Assembly: GCA_965216245.1 (NCBI GenBank)
Contig: OZ244145.1
Location: forward strand, 2,449,055 to 2,513,054
Length of the DNA stretch: 64,000 nucleotides
Direction: 5' to 3'
Source of the DNA: Chloroflexota bacterium
Lineage (GTDB): Bacteria; Chloroflexota; UBA11872; VXOZ01
Below, piece after piece: positions 1 to 9,447 of the stretch (its first letter is position 1; each line of letters opens with the position of its first letter). The position numbers were made by a program, and so were the translations under genes. The notes beneath the pieces were generated by a model. It did no database searches and was not told the origin of the DNA. It saw only the letters and a list, made by a program, of their open reading frames with translations.

Positions 1-108
1 AGTCTTGCCCAGACCATTCCTAGAGTCCGTCCTCGTGGACTCCTTCGTTCGGTCCGCCAACACAACATTGAATCCAGGCTGAAGTCTGACCTCTCTAAAT
101 GAAGCCAT
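1..108 (-). CDS. P-loop ABC/SMC-like ATPase, first 36 codons only (gene runs off the left edge); candidate ABC-3C (DUF2326-like) ATPase
   Basis: My own translation of the minus strand from the ATG at 108: MASFREVRLQPGFNVVLADRTKESTRTDSRNGLGKT. This is a 'pGfNvv' strand followed by an NGxGKT Walker A. It is too short for the ORF track. It starts 20 nt downstream of the 129..359 ORF on the same strand. Confidence 0.45.
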   Translation of the reverse strand, partial: MASFREVRLQPGFNVVLADRTKESTRTDSRNGLGKT

Positions 109-128
109 ATTGCAGCGAATCGCAGTGA

Positions 129-359
129 TCATCGCGGCGTCCTAACGATGGAGTATTCTACGAAATCTATAGCTCCAATGGCATAAAGATAGTCTAGTGC
201 CAGGACAAAAGTGCTGAAACTCCCAACTTCTTGTTCACTCTTGACTGATTCCCAAAGACCATTCAAAGTCGATGATGTCTCTATGCGGTCGAGCAATAGT
301 GCGCCTATCCCAACTATTGAACGGCTGGTAGTTACATGCTTATTCGGCAAGACCGTCAT
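129..359 (-). CDS. 76-aa protein, candidate 'middle component' of the ABC-3C-like operon
   Basis: ATGA stop/start overlap (356-359) with the upstream HNH gene. It lies between the effector gene and the ATPase start. I can name no catalytic motif, so the function is assigned by position only. Confidence 0.45.
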   Translation of the reverse strand: MTVLPNKHVTTSRSIVGIGALLLDRIETSSTLNGLWESVKSEQEVGSFSTFVLALDYLYAIGAIDFVEYSIVRTPR

Positions 360-1171
360 TTTTCAAATACCTCGCACCGTTCAAATAAGTAAACCAAGAC
401 CGCTAGTCCTGCAGATTGAAATTCTATATCTGTTCTTCCTTGTGCTGAAAACAACCTCATCGCCTCAAATAAGGAATCACCCTCCAGCCCGGTTTGCTTT
501 TGGTGATGATACTCTGCTACAAATCCCGAAGTTAATCGCCCTACAAAAGTGATATCAATTCCACTCATTGATTCAACGAATTGTTGAACCTGACTAGATT
601 GAAGAAGTCCAATACTGAAGAGATTCCGTACCCGTTCAGTCAGTCCGTTGCGGTTCATTTTTTCCAACGGCGGAATTACAGACATTGAAACTGATGACAT
701 CCCTTTTCTGTTTACTAGCGCTTGAGTTATAGTCTCTAATTCTGCGAAAGTTACTTTTACCATTCCTTGCGCTAGCAATTCGCAAAACCTCGTCTCAGTG
801 TCCTCTTTCCAGCCCCGCAGCATATCTGCGGTGTAAGTACTATCTCTTGCATCGACAAGTCGATGGTGGTTTCGACACAGCAGAATTAGGTTTGAATACT
901 CATCCCGTTGTCGATCTGAAAGGTTTGGATTAGACCTCGGGCCAAAATCACTACTTGCTTCTATGTGGGCGATCTCTCCGAGAATGGCGGATTGGTCACC
1001 GTTGCTGGCTTGCCGGACTAACAGTTCGCTACAGTCCGGAAAACAGCAGAAACCACCTGATCGCGACCACAATAGAAGTAGGTCGGCACGCCTGTATGAC
1101 CTTCTACGGTTGGGCATCAGCGCTAATCGCTCCTTCGAAATCTTTATCGTTGCGTTGGGTAAATTGCCCAC
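356..1171 (-). CDS. HNH (His-Me finger) endonuclease domain fused to a C-terminal helical domain resembling ABC-3C effector C-terminal domains
   Basis: 'CCFPDC' Cys pair, then 'HIEASSDFGPRSNPN...NLILLCRNHHRLVD'. About 150 aa of helical tail ends in 'LAVLVYLFERCEVFEK'. GTG start at 1171; an alternative ATG lies 18 codons in. Sits in an AT-richer patch. Confidence 0.75.
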   Translation of the reverse strand: MGNLPNATIKISKERLALMPNRRRSYRRADLLLLWSRSGGFCCFPDCSELLVRQASNGDQSAILGEIAHIEASSDFGPRSNPNLSDRQRDEYSNLILLCRNHHRLVDARDSTYTADMLRGWKEDTETRFCELLAQGMVKVTFAELETITQALVNRKGMSSVSMSVIPPLEKMNRNGLTERVRNLFSIGLLQSSQVQQFVESMSGIDITFVGRLTSGFVAEYHHQKQTGLEGDSLFEAMRLFSAQGRTDIEFQSAGLAVLVYLFERCEVFEK

Positions 1172-1724
1172 TTATCCAATCGACTTTAGCTGAGAATGCC
1201 TTTAAAGGCCTCCAATCAGCGCGATACTCGCTCCCGCACGCTATGACGATAATACTCTCTTTTCGTCAGCCAAGCTGCGGTCTTTAGATCCCAATTATGC
1301 AAAGGGGTTTAGGTAATTGGTGCTGCACTCATTCGCAGGGATGCGATCACAATTTGGGCATCTGCAGGCTCCGCCTAAGTCTATCTCGGTCATTTTACTT
1401 CACAACGAGGACCCCAAGCGAACGGAAATATACTAGGAACAATTGTGTTCCGCCACTGGTACTGTCAACCCATAGGCGCTCAGGTTTGTGGGCATTCTGA
1501 CCGGAAAGGGAGAATTCTTCTCGATCCGATCTCTGTGTGTGAAGTTGGGACTGAATTGCTTCATATGATTGCTAATTGGGGGCTGACGCACCGCCAAGAG
1601 TGTTTGACAAGCCGCATGTTGTAGGTTAGATTCGCCACAACTTACAAGATTAGACCGGGTGCCTGGCACAGGTTGCGCATCAGTCAAACATTCCACGGAC
1701 GTGGATTACCACAAGGAGAACGTC

Positions 1725-2939
1725 ATGATAGTAAATCGAGACCAGTTTATGGATCAAGGCTACCTGATTTTCCGCAATCTTATTCCCGCGGACAGACTGG
1801 AATCCATGCGCGCCAGTTGCGAGACGATGCTGGAGCGGCAGAAGGTGAACTGGGCGCGTGAGCGCGGTCCGGATGATCCGCCGGGCGGCGAGTATGAAAA
1901 GGTCCGCCAGCCGCGCGTCATGATGAAGCGTCCGGGTCTCATCGACGCAGAGACCGCCAACGTCGTGGAAGAGTTTTGGGTCGCTGATGAGACCCTGGAA
2001 ATAGCTAGTCAGTTGCTTTGCGAACCCGAGCCTTGCATTACCGAAATGATGATGATGTGCAATCCGGTCCGCGATTGGCCCGGCGGCACCGGCTGGCACC
2101 GGGACATCCATCCCGTGGACATGGCCCCGCTGGATGCACTTACAGCAGACCTCATGGAGAACGGCCCCAGATATACCCAGTGGAACGTGCCACTTTATGA
2201 CGACAGCGTGTTGTGGGTCATTCCCGAAAGCCATCGCAGGCGCAACACCGAGCAGGAGAATGCCGAGTTGCTCAAAGACCGCGCCGCGCCGGTTACCGGG
2301 GGCATTCCGGTGGAGTTGAACGCCGGAGACGGTGTTATCTATATCAACTATCTGAACCACACCGGCAGCAATTACACTACAAAAAAGCGGCGCACCCTCC
2401 ATGGCGGCCACGCCATTTACGGAACGTACCCGGAAACCGGCTTTGTCGAGAGTCTGGCTCCTTGGGCCCGTGAGCGGTTTGAATCCTACGCCGCACGCGG
2501 CGAGCGCATGAAAGATGCGACGGAGGAAGCACTCCGCGCCGTCATCGCAAAGGATGATCCCGCTTACCGTGCCGCTTTGGATGCTCTGCAGCCGGGCGCA
2601 GGCCCCTACGGCAGAACTACACTAACGATTTGCTTGTCCAAGGTGGCGTTGCAGATGCGCATCCTGAAGGACCCCAATCACGGCCCGCTGGACGATCTCC
2701 ATCGGTGGGTTGAGGGAGAGCACGCCATTACCCTGAATTGGGGACCGGACTTCACCGCACGCTTTACCGCTGAGGAAGCGGCGACCCTGTGGAGCCGGTT
2801 CAAGGGTATGGATGCCGCGCTTCAGAGCGACGTGGATGTGTTCGAGCCTGCATTTCAGGCACGGCCCATGCGCTACTATTTCAATGAACTGCCGGACGGC
2901 ATCGACACCGAGTCGTTCATAGCGAGTTGGCGCACCTAG
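1725..2939 (+). CDS. phytanoyl-CoA dioxygenase (PhyH) family Fe(II)/2-oxoglutarate oxygenase
   Basis: 'GYLIFRNLIP', 'GWHRDIHP' (HxD) and a distal 'LHGGH'. I prefer the ATG at 1725, preceded by AAGGAG (1713-1718), over the track start at 1659. Confidence 0.8.
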   Translation: MIVNRDQFMDQGYLIFRNLIPADRLESMRASCETMLERQKVNWARERGPDDPPGGEYEKVRQPRVMMKRPGLIDAETANVVEEFWVADETLEIASQLLCEPEPCITEMMMMCNPVRDWPGGTGWHRDIHPVDMAPLDALTADLMENGPRYTQWNVPLYDDSVLWVIPESHRRRNTEQENAELLKDRAAPVTGGIPVELNAGDGVIYINYLNHTGSNYTTKKRRTLHGGHAIYGTYPETGFVESLAPWARERFESYAARGERMKDATEEALRAVIAKDDPAYRAALDALQPGAGPYGRTTLTICLSKVALQMRILKDPNHGPLDDLHRWVEGEHAITLNWGPDFTARFTAEEAATLWSRFKGMDAALQSDVDVFEPAFQARPMRYYFNELPDGIDTESFIASWRT

Positions 2940-3330
2940 ACCAAGTATTTCATTTCGGCTTGGTAGAGCGAGTCAAGACTGCGGCACCAAGACGCGCGTA
3001 TTCGGTGTTGCAACTTCCCCCGGACCGGTCAGTACGCGTCTTGGCGTTAATGGCACTCTTGACTAAAGCAACACACCACAGGGTAAATCCATCGATCTTA
3101 TGGATTGAAATAGGTCGTCAATTCCACACTGTGCAGGGATGGGCAGGGAAGGCGCCCACACACCTTGTGACACTGTTGTGTGACTTCTGTGTAGCATTCT
3201 TGGCAAAATGCGCGGCAAGAGTTTACATGTTGGCGAACTCCAGTCGGTGCCTATGTATACTTAAAGGTGTTCGTTGCACGAAGAAGTTTGTATAGGAATC
3301 TATTTCGGTATCTCAAAGAGGAGGACATCA

Positions 3331-5361
3331 GTGCTTAGCCGGATACGACGCGGTATTGCGGTTTTGGTGGCTACAGCGGCGCTCACGGTCGCTGTTTCCT
3401 GTAGTGTGCAAGTGATTCAGCCCCCGCCCGATCCCGCGACTGCGCCCGCGGAATATACCCAGTATTTCGTGGACCAGGCGATTGCCTACTACGAGGCACA
3501 CGGACTTGAGGCGACCGTTGCCTTTTACAACTCGATGGAGAGTGTGGATGGCGAGTGGTACGTCTTCATCGGTGATGAGAACGACGTGATGATTGCGCAC
3601 CCGACCGTGCCGCAGAACCGTGGGCAGCGCTTCCAGGACCTTCTCGGTCCAGATGGCTATCCCGCGGGAGCACTGATCGCCGGTGCTGCTACCGAGGAGG
3701 GGGCCTGGGTTGACTATACGTACTTGAATCCGGCGGCGGAGTCGATCCAGTGGAAACACACGTGGACGATCAGGTATGACGGGCTAATCTTTGGCTCCGG
3801 CTGGTATGAAGAAGGCGTGTCGAAGTCAGATCCGGCGGCGTACACACAAGCCTTCGTAGAGCTGGCTATTCGGCTCTATGACGCGATAGGGGTTGAAGAC
3901 ACGGTAGCGTTCTACAATACGCAGGAGAGTATTGATGGAGCGTGGTACGTCTTCATCGGTGACGAGAACGTTGTCGTGCTTGCGCATGCGGCTGTTCCGA
4001 AGAACGTTGGGCTACGCTTTGATGAGATTCTGGGGCCGGGCGGCTATCCTGCCGGCGCGCAGGTCGCAGCAGCGGCCGTTGAAGGGGGTTCGTGGACAGA
4101 ATACATGTACATTAACCCGGCGGCGGGGGCATTCCAGCTCAAACATTCATGGGTAGTGCGGCACGACGGACTGATCTTCGGCTCCGGTTGGTACGAAGAC
4201 GGCGCGTCCAAGTCCGGTGCGGCGGCGTACACCCAAGCGTTCGTAGAGCAGGCAATTCGGCTCTATGGCGCTATAGGGCTTGAAGACACGGTAGCGTTCT
4301 ACAATACGCCGGAGAGCGTAGATGGAGCGTGGTACGTCTTCATCGCCGACGAGAGTGACACCATGATTGCGCATGCTGCGGTACCCGCGAACGTCGGGCT
4401 GCACGCAAATGAGATTTTGGGGCCGGGTGGATACCCGGCGGGCACGCAAGTAGCAGCTGCGGCCACGGAGGAGGGAGCATGGACAGACTACACCTACATT
4501 AATCCTTCCACAGGCGCGTTCCAGTCGAAGCATACGTGGGTAGTACGGCATGCCGGACTGATCTTTGGCTCTGGCTGGTATGAAGACGGCGCGTCCAAGT
4601 CCGATCCGGCGGCGTACACTCAGGCATTCATCGATCAAGTGATACGGCTGTATGACGCGGTCGGACGCGAAGCCACGTTTGCCTACTACAACACGCCGGA
4701 GAGCGTAGATGGTGACTGGTATGTCTTCATTGTCGATGAGAACGACAACACCGTGGTGCATCCCACTCGTCCCGAACTTATTGGCAGCTCTCCCAAACAA
4801 CGCGTTGATGTTCGCGGCAAAGAGTATGGCCTTGAGCTCGTCGAGGCTACAGAGGACGGTACTTGGGTGGACTACTACTTCTTGAACCCGTCCACCGGCT
4901 ATGAGGAGCAAAAGCATGCCTGGGCGGTTAGGCACGACGGGCTAATCTTCGTCTCCGGCTGGTACGAGCGAGCCGAAGCAGAAGACGACGCTACATACAC
5001 CCAGTCATTCGTGCACCGTGCAATGCAACGGTACGATGCCCAAGGGCGTGAGGCTGCGTTCGAGTACTTCAAGTCCCCGCAGAGCGTGCAGGGTCAGTGG
5101 TACGTCTTCGTCCTGGATGAGAACCAGGTCACCATCGTGCATCCCAATCCCGAACACATAGGCCGCACCAGGGAACAACGGATCGATGTACGAGGCTATG
5201 ACCACGGCGCTGAATTCCTGACTGCGACCGAGGAAGGCAAGTGGATAGACTACGTCTTCCTGAACCCGGAGACAAACAAGGACACGTTGAAACATACGTG
5301 GCTTGTCCGTCACGATGGACTGTTCTTCGGCTCGGGCTGGTATGGAGAGGCAGAGGAATAG
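3331..5361 (+). CDS. secreted lipoprotein built from five tandem single-Cache (sCache_2-like) domains, with no output domain
   Basis: GTG at 3331 follows AAAGAGGAGGA. The signal peptide has a lipobox-like 'TVAVSC'. Each repeat shows 'DG.WYVF..DE', 'G.W.DY.(Y/F).NP......KH.W.VRHDGL.FGSGWY'. Confidence 0.8.
   Translation: MLSRIRRGIAVLVATAALTVAVSCSVQVIQPPPDPATAPAEYTQYFVDQAIAYYEAHGLEATVAFYNSMESVDGEWYVFIGDENDVMIAHPTVPQNRGQRFQDLLGPDGYPAGALIAGAATEEGAWVDYTYLNPAAESIQWKHTWTIRYDGLIFGSGWYEEGVSKSDPAAYTQAFVELAIRLYDAIGVEDTVAFYNTQESIDGAWYVFIGDENVVVLAHAAVPKNVGLRFDEILGPGGYPAGAQVAAAAVEGGSWTEYMYINPAAGAFQLKHSWVVRHDGLIFGSGWYEDGASKSGAAAYTQAFVEQAIRLYGAIGLEDTVAFYNTPESVDGAWYVFIADESDTMIAHAAVPANVGLHANEILGPGGYPAGTQVAAAATEEGAWTDYTYINPSTGAFQSKHTWVVRHAGLIFGSGWYEDGASKSDPAAYTQAFIDQVIRLYDAVGREATFAYYNTPESVDGDWYVFIVDENDNTVVHPTRPELIGSSPKQRVDVRGKEYGLELVEATEDGTWVDYYFLNPSTGYEEQKHAWAVRHDGLIFVSGWYERAEAEDDATYTQSFVHRAMQRYDAQGREAAFEYFKSPQSVQGQWYVFVLDENQVTIVHPNPEHIGRTREQRIDVRGYDHGAEFLTATEEGKWIDYVFLNPETNKDTLKHTWLVRHDGLFFGSGWYGEAEE
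3454..5358 (+). repeat. five in-frame tandem repeats of 381-387 nt (127-129 aa) inside the Cache lipoprotein gene
   Basis: The 'YTQ(A/Y/S)F' repeat starts fall at 3454, 3841, 4228, 4615 and 4996. Repeats 2 and 3 share long near-identical DNA runs (for example gaagacacggtagcgttctacaatacgc at ~3894 and ~4284). Repeats 4-5 form a second subtype. Confidence 0.9.
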
Positions 5362-5405
5362 CGCTGAACACTGCATGGCGCCATGCCGTGTTGATGTGGA
5401 AGTTG

Positions 5406-5450
5406 ACCAAGGCGGCTGGCAGAACTCTTGCCGGCCGCCTTGGTTGTTTG
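5406..5450 (+). terminator. hairpin terminator candidate after the Cache lipoprotein gene
   Basis: 11-bp stem ACCAAGGCGGC / GCCGCCTTGGT followed by TGTTTG. The U-tract is weak. Confidence 0.45.
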
Positions 5451-5778
5451 GCCCTGCCCCTGCAGAAGCATGCGGGGCGTCACACACGACCGTCCAGAGC
5501 CTCTCAATATCTCCGGTTGCGAGTGTGTTTACCGGGCGCGCGTGCATCGTTGAGTCGCCCATGAAGACTGCCCGGCTGCCGCGACACAATGTATGGCGCT
5601 TTCTTTTGCGGCCTGCTGCAACGCTGCTAGGGGCATGCATACGCTGCCTTCGCTATAATGTGACCCACATAGTCTGCCCGATGACGGCTACGAGGTGGGT
5701 GGCTGCATCAAGGGCATAGACAGGGCAGTACCATTGGTGTGAATGAAGCGGCCGCAATTGCGGCGAAAGGTAGTGCTG

Positions 5779-7053
5779 ATGGCTGACGGGCTGCTGGCCG
5801 GGATAGGGCGCGCGACGATTACGCCGCCGTTAGGAACATGGCTGTGTGGGTTTGCCGGGCGAGAGCACGGCTGCGACACAGTCCTCGACGACCTTTACGC
5901 GACAACTCTCGTGCTCGCCAACGATGAGACCTCCATAGCGATTATTACCTGCGACGTCTGCGGCCTGCCAACTCAGCAAGTCGTGGCCTTGCGCGCACTA
6001 ATTGCGGAGCGTACGGGCATTAACCCTGCCAACGTCCTCATCAACACGTCCCATACGCATTCAGGGCCATTTACGAGCATCCGGGACGACATGCTCGCTC
6101 ACGAGCGGGCGTATTGCACCACGCTGATTCACGCTATTGCCGGTACGGTGGAACTAGCACAGCAAAGTCTGGAGGCGTGCCGCATTACGCACGGGGCAGG
6201 CAGTGTGGCGGTGAACGTGAATCGGCGCCTCCTCAGCGAGGCCGGCTGGGCAGGCATGGGCGAGAACCTGGGCGGCGCTATCGATAGGACGGTGCAGCTA
6301 CTGCGCGTAGATACGTCGGAGGGTGAGCCGCTTGCTGCCCTCGTACACTACGCGTGTCATCCGGTGGTGATACAACCGCCCAGCGTTGCCGTTTCCGCGG
6401 ACTTCGTGGGCGTGGCGCGCGGCCTCTTCGAAGCCGCCAGCGGCGCGACGATGCTCTTTCTCCAAGGCGCGTGCGGCAACATCAATCCAATCGGGCAACG
6501 CGCCGAGGTCGACATGCGGGAGCGTCTCTGGGGCGTGGGCAGCGCGCTGGGCGCAGAGGCGCTGAAAGTGTATTCGCTCAACGGACTGCACATGGCCTTC
6601 GCCGAGGGGGAACCACTCGCTCCCACACTCGGAGCAGCGCAGGAGACGCTGACGCTCGATCTACATACACCCAACGAGCCGCCGGCAGCGTTAAGTGGGC
6701 GTACCCCTGCCCTCCGCTACTGGACGCCGCCGCTCGCGGAGGACGGGAAGGTCGAGTTCGAAGTGCAGGCGCTCCGCATCGGCGACGTGGCCTTGGTCGG
6801 CGGCGCGGGTGAGGTTTTCATCGAGATCGCGCAAGCGGTGCAGGAACGCTCGCCGTTTGACCATACCATGTACTTGGGTTACACAAACGGCGACGTCGGC
6901 TACATCCCCACCGCCGCCGCCTATCCCGAAGGCGGCTACGAGGTCGATAGCGCGCACTTCCACTACAATCTCCCCGCCGCCGTGGCCCCGAACAGCGCCG
7001 GGCGCGTCGTAGACACCAGCGTAGCGTTGTTGGAATCGCTACACGATGGCTAG
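5779..7053 (+). CDS. neutral/alkaline ceramidase-like hydrolase
   Basis: 'GRATITPPLGTWLCGFAGR', 'DDLYATTLVL' and 'NTSHTHSGP'. ATG at 5779 preferred; the track start at 5743 is possible. Confidence 0.65.
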   Translation: MADGLLAGIGRATITPPLGTWLCGFAGREHGCDTVLDDLYATTLVLANDETSIAIITCDVCGLPTQQVVALRALIAERTGINPANVLINTSHTHSGPFTSIRDDMLAHERAYCTTLIHAIAGTVELAQQSLEACRITHGAGSVAVNVNRRLLSEAGWAGMGENLGGAIDRTVQLLRVDTSEGEPLAALVHYACHPVVIQPPSVAVSADFVGVARGLFEAASGATMLFLQGACGNINPIGQRAEVDMRERLWGVGSALGAEALKVYSLNGLHMAFAEGEPLAPTLGAAQETLTLDLHTPNEPPAALSGRTPALRYWTPPLAEDGKVEFEVQALRIGDVALVGGAGEVFIEIAQAVQERSPFDHTMYLGYTNGDVGYIPTAAAYPEGGYEVDSAHFHYNLPAAVAPNSAGRVVDTSVALLESLHDG

Positions 7054-7105
7054 CGGTCAATCTGGCTTGTAGGGACCACTTTGAAACGAATGCACGAGGT
7101 AAACC

Positions 7106-7933
7106 ATGTTCTCACTTGGGGTAATGACCGATGAAGTCTCGCAGGATTTTGCGCATGCGCTCGACGTGATCGAGGAGTTCGGTGTGCGCACCGTTGAGTT
7201 GCATAGCATGTGGGACAAGAATGTCTGCGATCTGGACAGCCACGAGCTGACGCAGGTATTGCACATGGTGCGGCAGCGAGGCCTTGCCGTGTGCGACATT
7301 GCTTCGCTCTTCCTACGCTGTCCCATTGATGATTTGGACGCCTACAACGAGCACATCACGGTCTTGGAGCGCTCAATCCAGATTGCGCCGCTCTTCGATT
7401 GCCAGCTTGTGCGCTGCTTTTCGTTCTGGCGCGAAGGCGATCTCTCTGCCCACTGGGACTCCATCCTCGAGCGTCTGGAACTGCCGGTGCGCATGGCGGA
7501 GTCCGCTGGCGTGACGCTGGCATTCGAAAATGTGCGCTCGTGCAACATCGGTACCGGCGCGGAGACTGCGCGCTTGATGGAGACAGTCAACTCGCCAAAC
7601 CTGCGGGTGATCTGGGACCCGGGGAATGCGTACGTTTCCGGCGAGGCGCGGCCCTATCCGGACGGCTACGCGGCGGTGAAGCCCTGGATCGTGCACGTGC
7701 ACGTCAAAGATGCGGTGCTGGGCACCGACGGCAGTTCTGTATGGAAGCCCATTGGCGCGGGTAAGGTGGACTACGCGGGACAACTCAGGGCACTGGCGGA
7801 CGACGGCTACGAAGGCGTGGTGTCGCTGGAGACCCACTACTACCCGGAAAACGGCACACGCGAGCAGGGCAGCCGCGAGTCGTTTGCCGGTCTGCAGGAG
7901 ATTTTGTCCGAGCAGGGGATTGTGCCCAGCTAG
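7106..7933 (+). CDS. sugar phosphate isomerase/epimerase (xylose-isomerase-like TIM barrel)
   Basis: 'VTLAFENV', 'IVHVHVKD', 'VVSLETH'. Confidence 0.8.
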   Translation: MFSLGVMTDEVSQDFAHALDVIEEFGVRTVELHSMWDKNVCDLDSHELTQVLHMVRQRGLAVCDIASLFLRCPIDDLDAYNEHITVLERSIQIAPLFDCQLVRCFSFWREGDLSAHWDSILERLELPVRMAESAGVTLAFENVRSCNIGTGAETARLMETVNSPNLRVIWDPGNAYVSGEARPYPDGYAAVKPWIVHVHVKDAVLGTDGSSVWKPIGAGKVDYAGQLRALADDGYEGVVSLETHYYPENGTREQGSRESFAGLQEILSEQGIVPS

Positions 7934-8016
7934 GCTCGAGACGACGGGCACGCGGTATGATGATAGTTTCGTTACAATAAGAGCGTGTAGCTTCAGTATC
8001 CCAGGGAGAGTGCGCC

Positions 8017-9411
8017 ATGAGCACGACTGTCGGGTCATCCAGTCTAACGCTAGACGAACAGTTCACGCGGCAGTTTGCCGGATCAGCCGCGCGCTTCCAG
8101 GAAGCCGTGAACGTATTTCCGAATGGCGCAACCCATGATGGCCGCGCCCAGAAGCCCTTTCCGCTCTATGTCGAACGGGCGCAGGGCGCGTATAAGTGGG
8201 ACTTCGACGGCAACCGCTTCATCGATTTTCTCGTGGGCCACGGCGCCTTGATTTTGGGTCACGGCCACCCCGATATCGTCGAGGCCGTGACTGCACAGAT
8301 GCAGCGCGGCACGCATTTCGGGGCGGCACACGAACGCGAGGTCGAGTGGGGCCGCTGGGTGCAGCGGCTCGTGCCCTCCGCCGAGCGCGTGCGCTTCACG
8401 AGTTCCGGAACCGAGGCCACATTGATGGCCCTGCGGCTGGCGCGCGTGTATACCGGCAAGAGTAAGATCATCAAGTTTGAGCACCACTTCCACGGCTGGC
8501 ACGATTACGTCGTGGTGGAAGCGCCGCCAGAACCGCCCCCTGCAGGAGTCCCGGCTGGCACGGCTGACTCAATGCTTGTGCTCCCGGTGCACGACCTCGA
8601 CCGTCTTGAATCCGTCTTGCGGGATGACCCCGATATTGCCGCCGTCATTATGGAGCCCACCGGCGCTGGGTACTCCTCGTATCCGCTCGACCCTGATATT
8701 CTTGCTGCCGTGCGCAAACTCACGCTCGACTACGGCGTGCTGCTCATCATGGACGAAGTAATCACCGGTTTTCGCTGTTCGCCGGGTGGGGCGCAAGCGG
8801 CCACCGGCGTGATTCCCGATGTCACGACACTGGCGAAAATCCTGGCTGGCGGTCTACCCGGCGGGGCCGTGGCGGGACGCGCCGACATCATGGCCCACCT
8901 CGAATATCGTGATGTACCGGAGTGGAACGCCCGCAAGAAGGTCCGCCACCAGGGTACGTTCAATGCCAACCCGCTTTCGGCCTCCGCCGGTGCAACCGCG
9001 TTGGCCATCGTGGCCGAAGGTTGGCCCGCTCGCCACGTGAATGACCTGGCGGCCATGCTACGGGAAGAATTCAACCAGGTTATGGATGTTCACGGCCTAA
9101 CCGGGTGCGTCTACGGGACGTACTCAATGTTTCACATCCTGCTCTATAACCCCCACAATCCTCACGAGAAGATTCGCCTCGCGGATTTTGGCTCGGCAGA
9201 GGTGCCGCCATTTAGCGCCATGCGGGACGCCGATCCGGCGATTTACGGCAAAATGAAGCGTGGCTTGCAGGTCAACGGCGTCGATCTGATGGGGGACGGC
9301 GGGATGCTCTCTACTGCCCACACCGAGGAAGATGTGCGCGAAGCGGCTGCGGCTTTCGACCGCACTATCGGCCTTCTGAAACAAGAGGGCGTGATCCCCG
9401 GTGTGCGGTAG
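8017..9411 (+). CDS. class-III PLP aminotransferase (glutamate-1-semialdehyde aminomutase-like)
   Basis: 'GHGHPDIVEAV', 'SGTEATLMALRLAR', 'DEVITGFR' and 'LAKILAGGLPGG' (PLP lysine). Confidence 0.85.
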   Translation: MSTTVGSSSLTLDEQFTRQFAGSAARFQEAVNVFPNGATHDGRAQKPFPLYVERAQGAYKWDFDGNRFIDFLVGHGALILGHGHPDIVEAVTAQMQRGTHFGAAHEREVEWGRWVQRLVPSAERVRFTSSGTEATLMALRLARVYTGKSKIIKFEHHFHGWHDYVVVEAPPEPPPAGVPAGTADSMLVLPVHDLDRLESVLRDDPDIAAVIMEPTGAGYSSYPLDPDILAAVRKLTLDYGVLLIMDEVITGFRCSPGGAQAATGVIPDVTTLAKILAGGLPGGAVAGRADIMAHLEYRDVPEWNARKKVRHQGTFNANPLSASAGATALAIVAEGWPARHVNDLAAMLREEFNQVMDVHGLTGCVYGTYSMFHILLYNPHNPHEKIRLADFGSAEVPPFSAMRDADPAIYGKMKRGLQVNGVDLMGDGGMLSTAHTEEDVREAAAAFDRTIGLLKQEGVIPGVR

Positions 9412-9447
9412 GACAACGACTGCAAGGCAGGTACGGTTGAGGCCCAG

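Noticed and set aside
1297-1696. Short overlapping ORFs (67 aa plus strand, 87 aa minus strand) between the HNH operon and the PhyH gene
   Set aside because: They mutually overlap, are Cys/Arg-rich, and have no RBS. They are treated as non-coding islet boundary.
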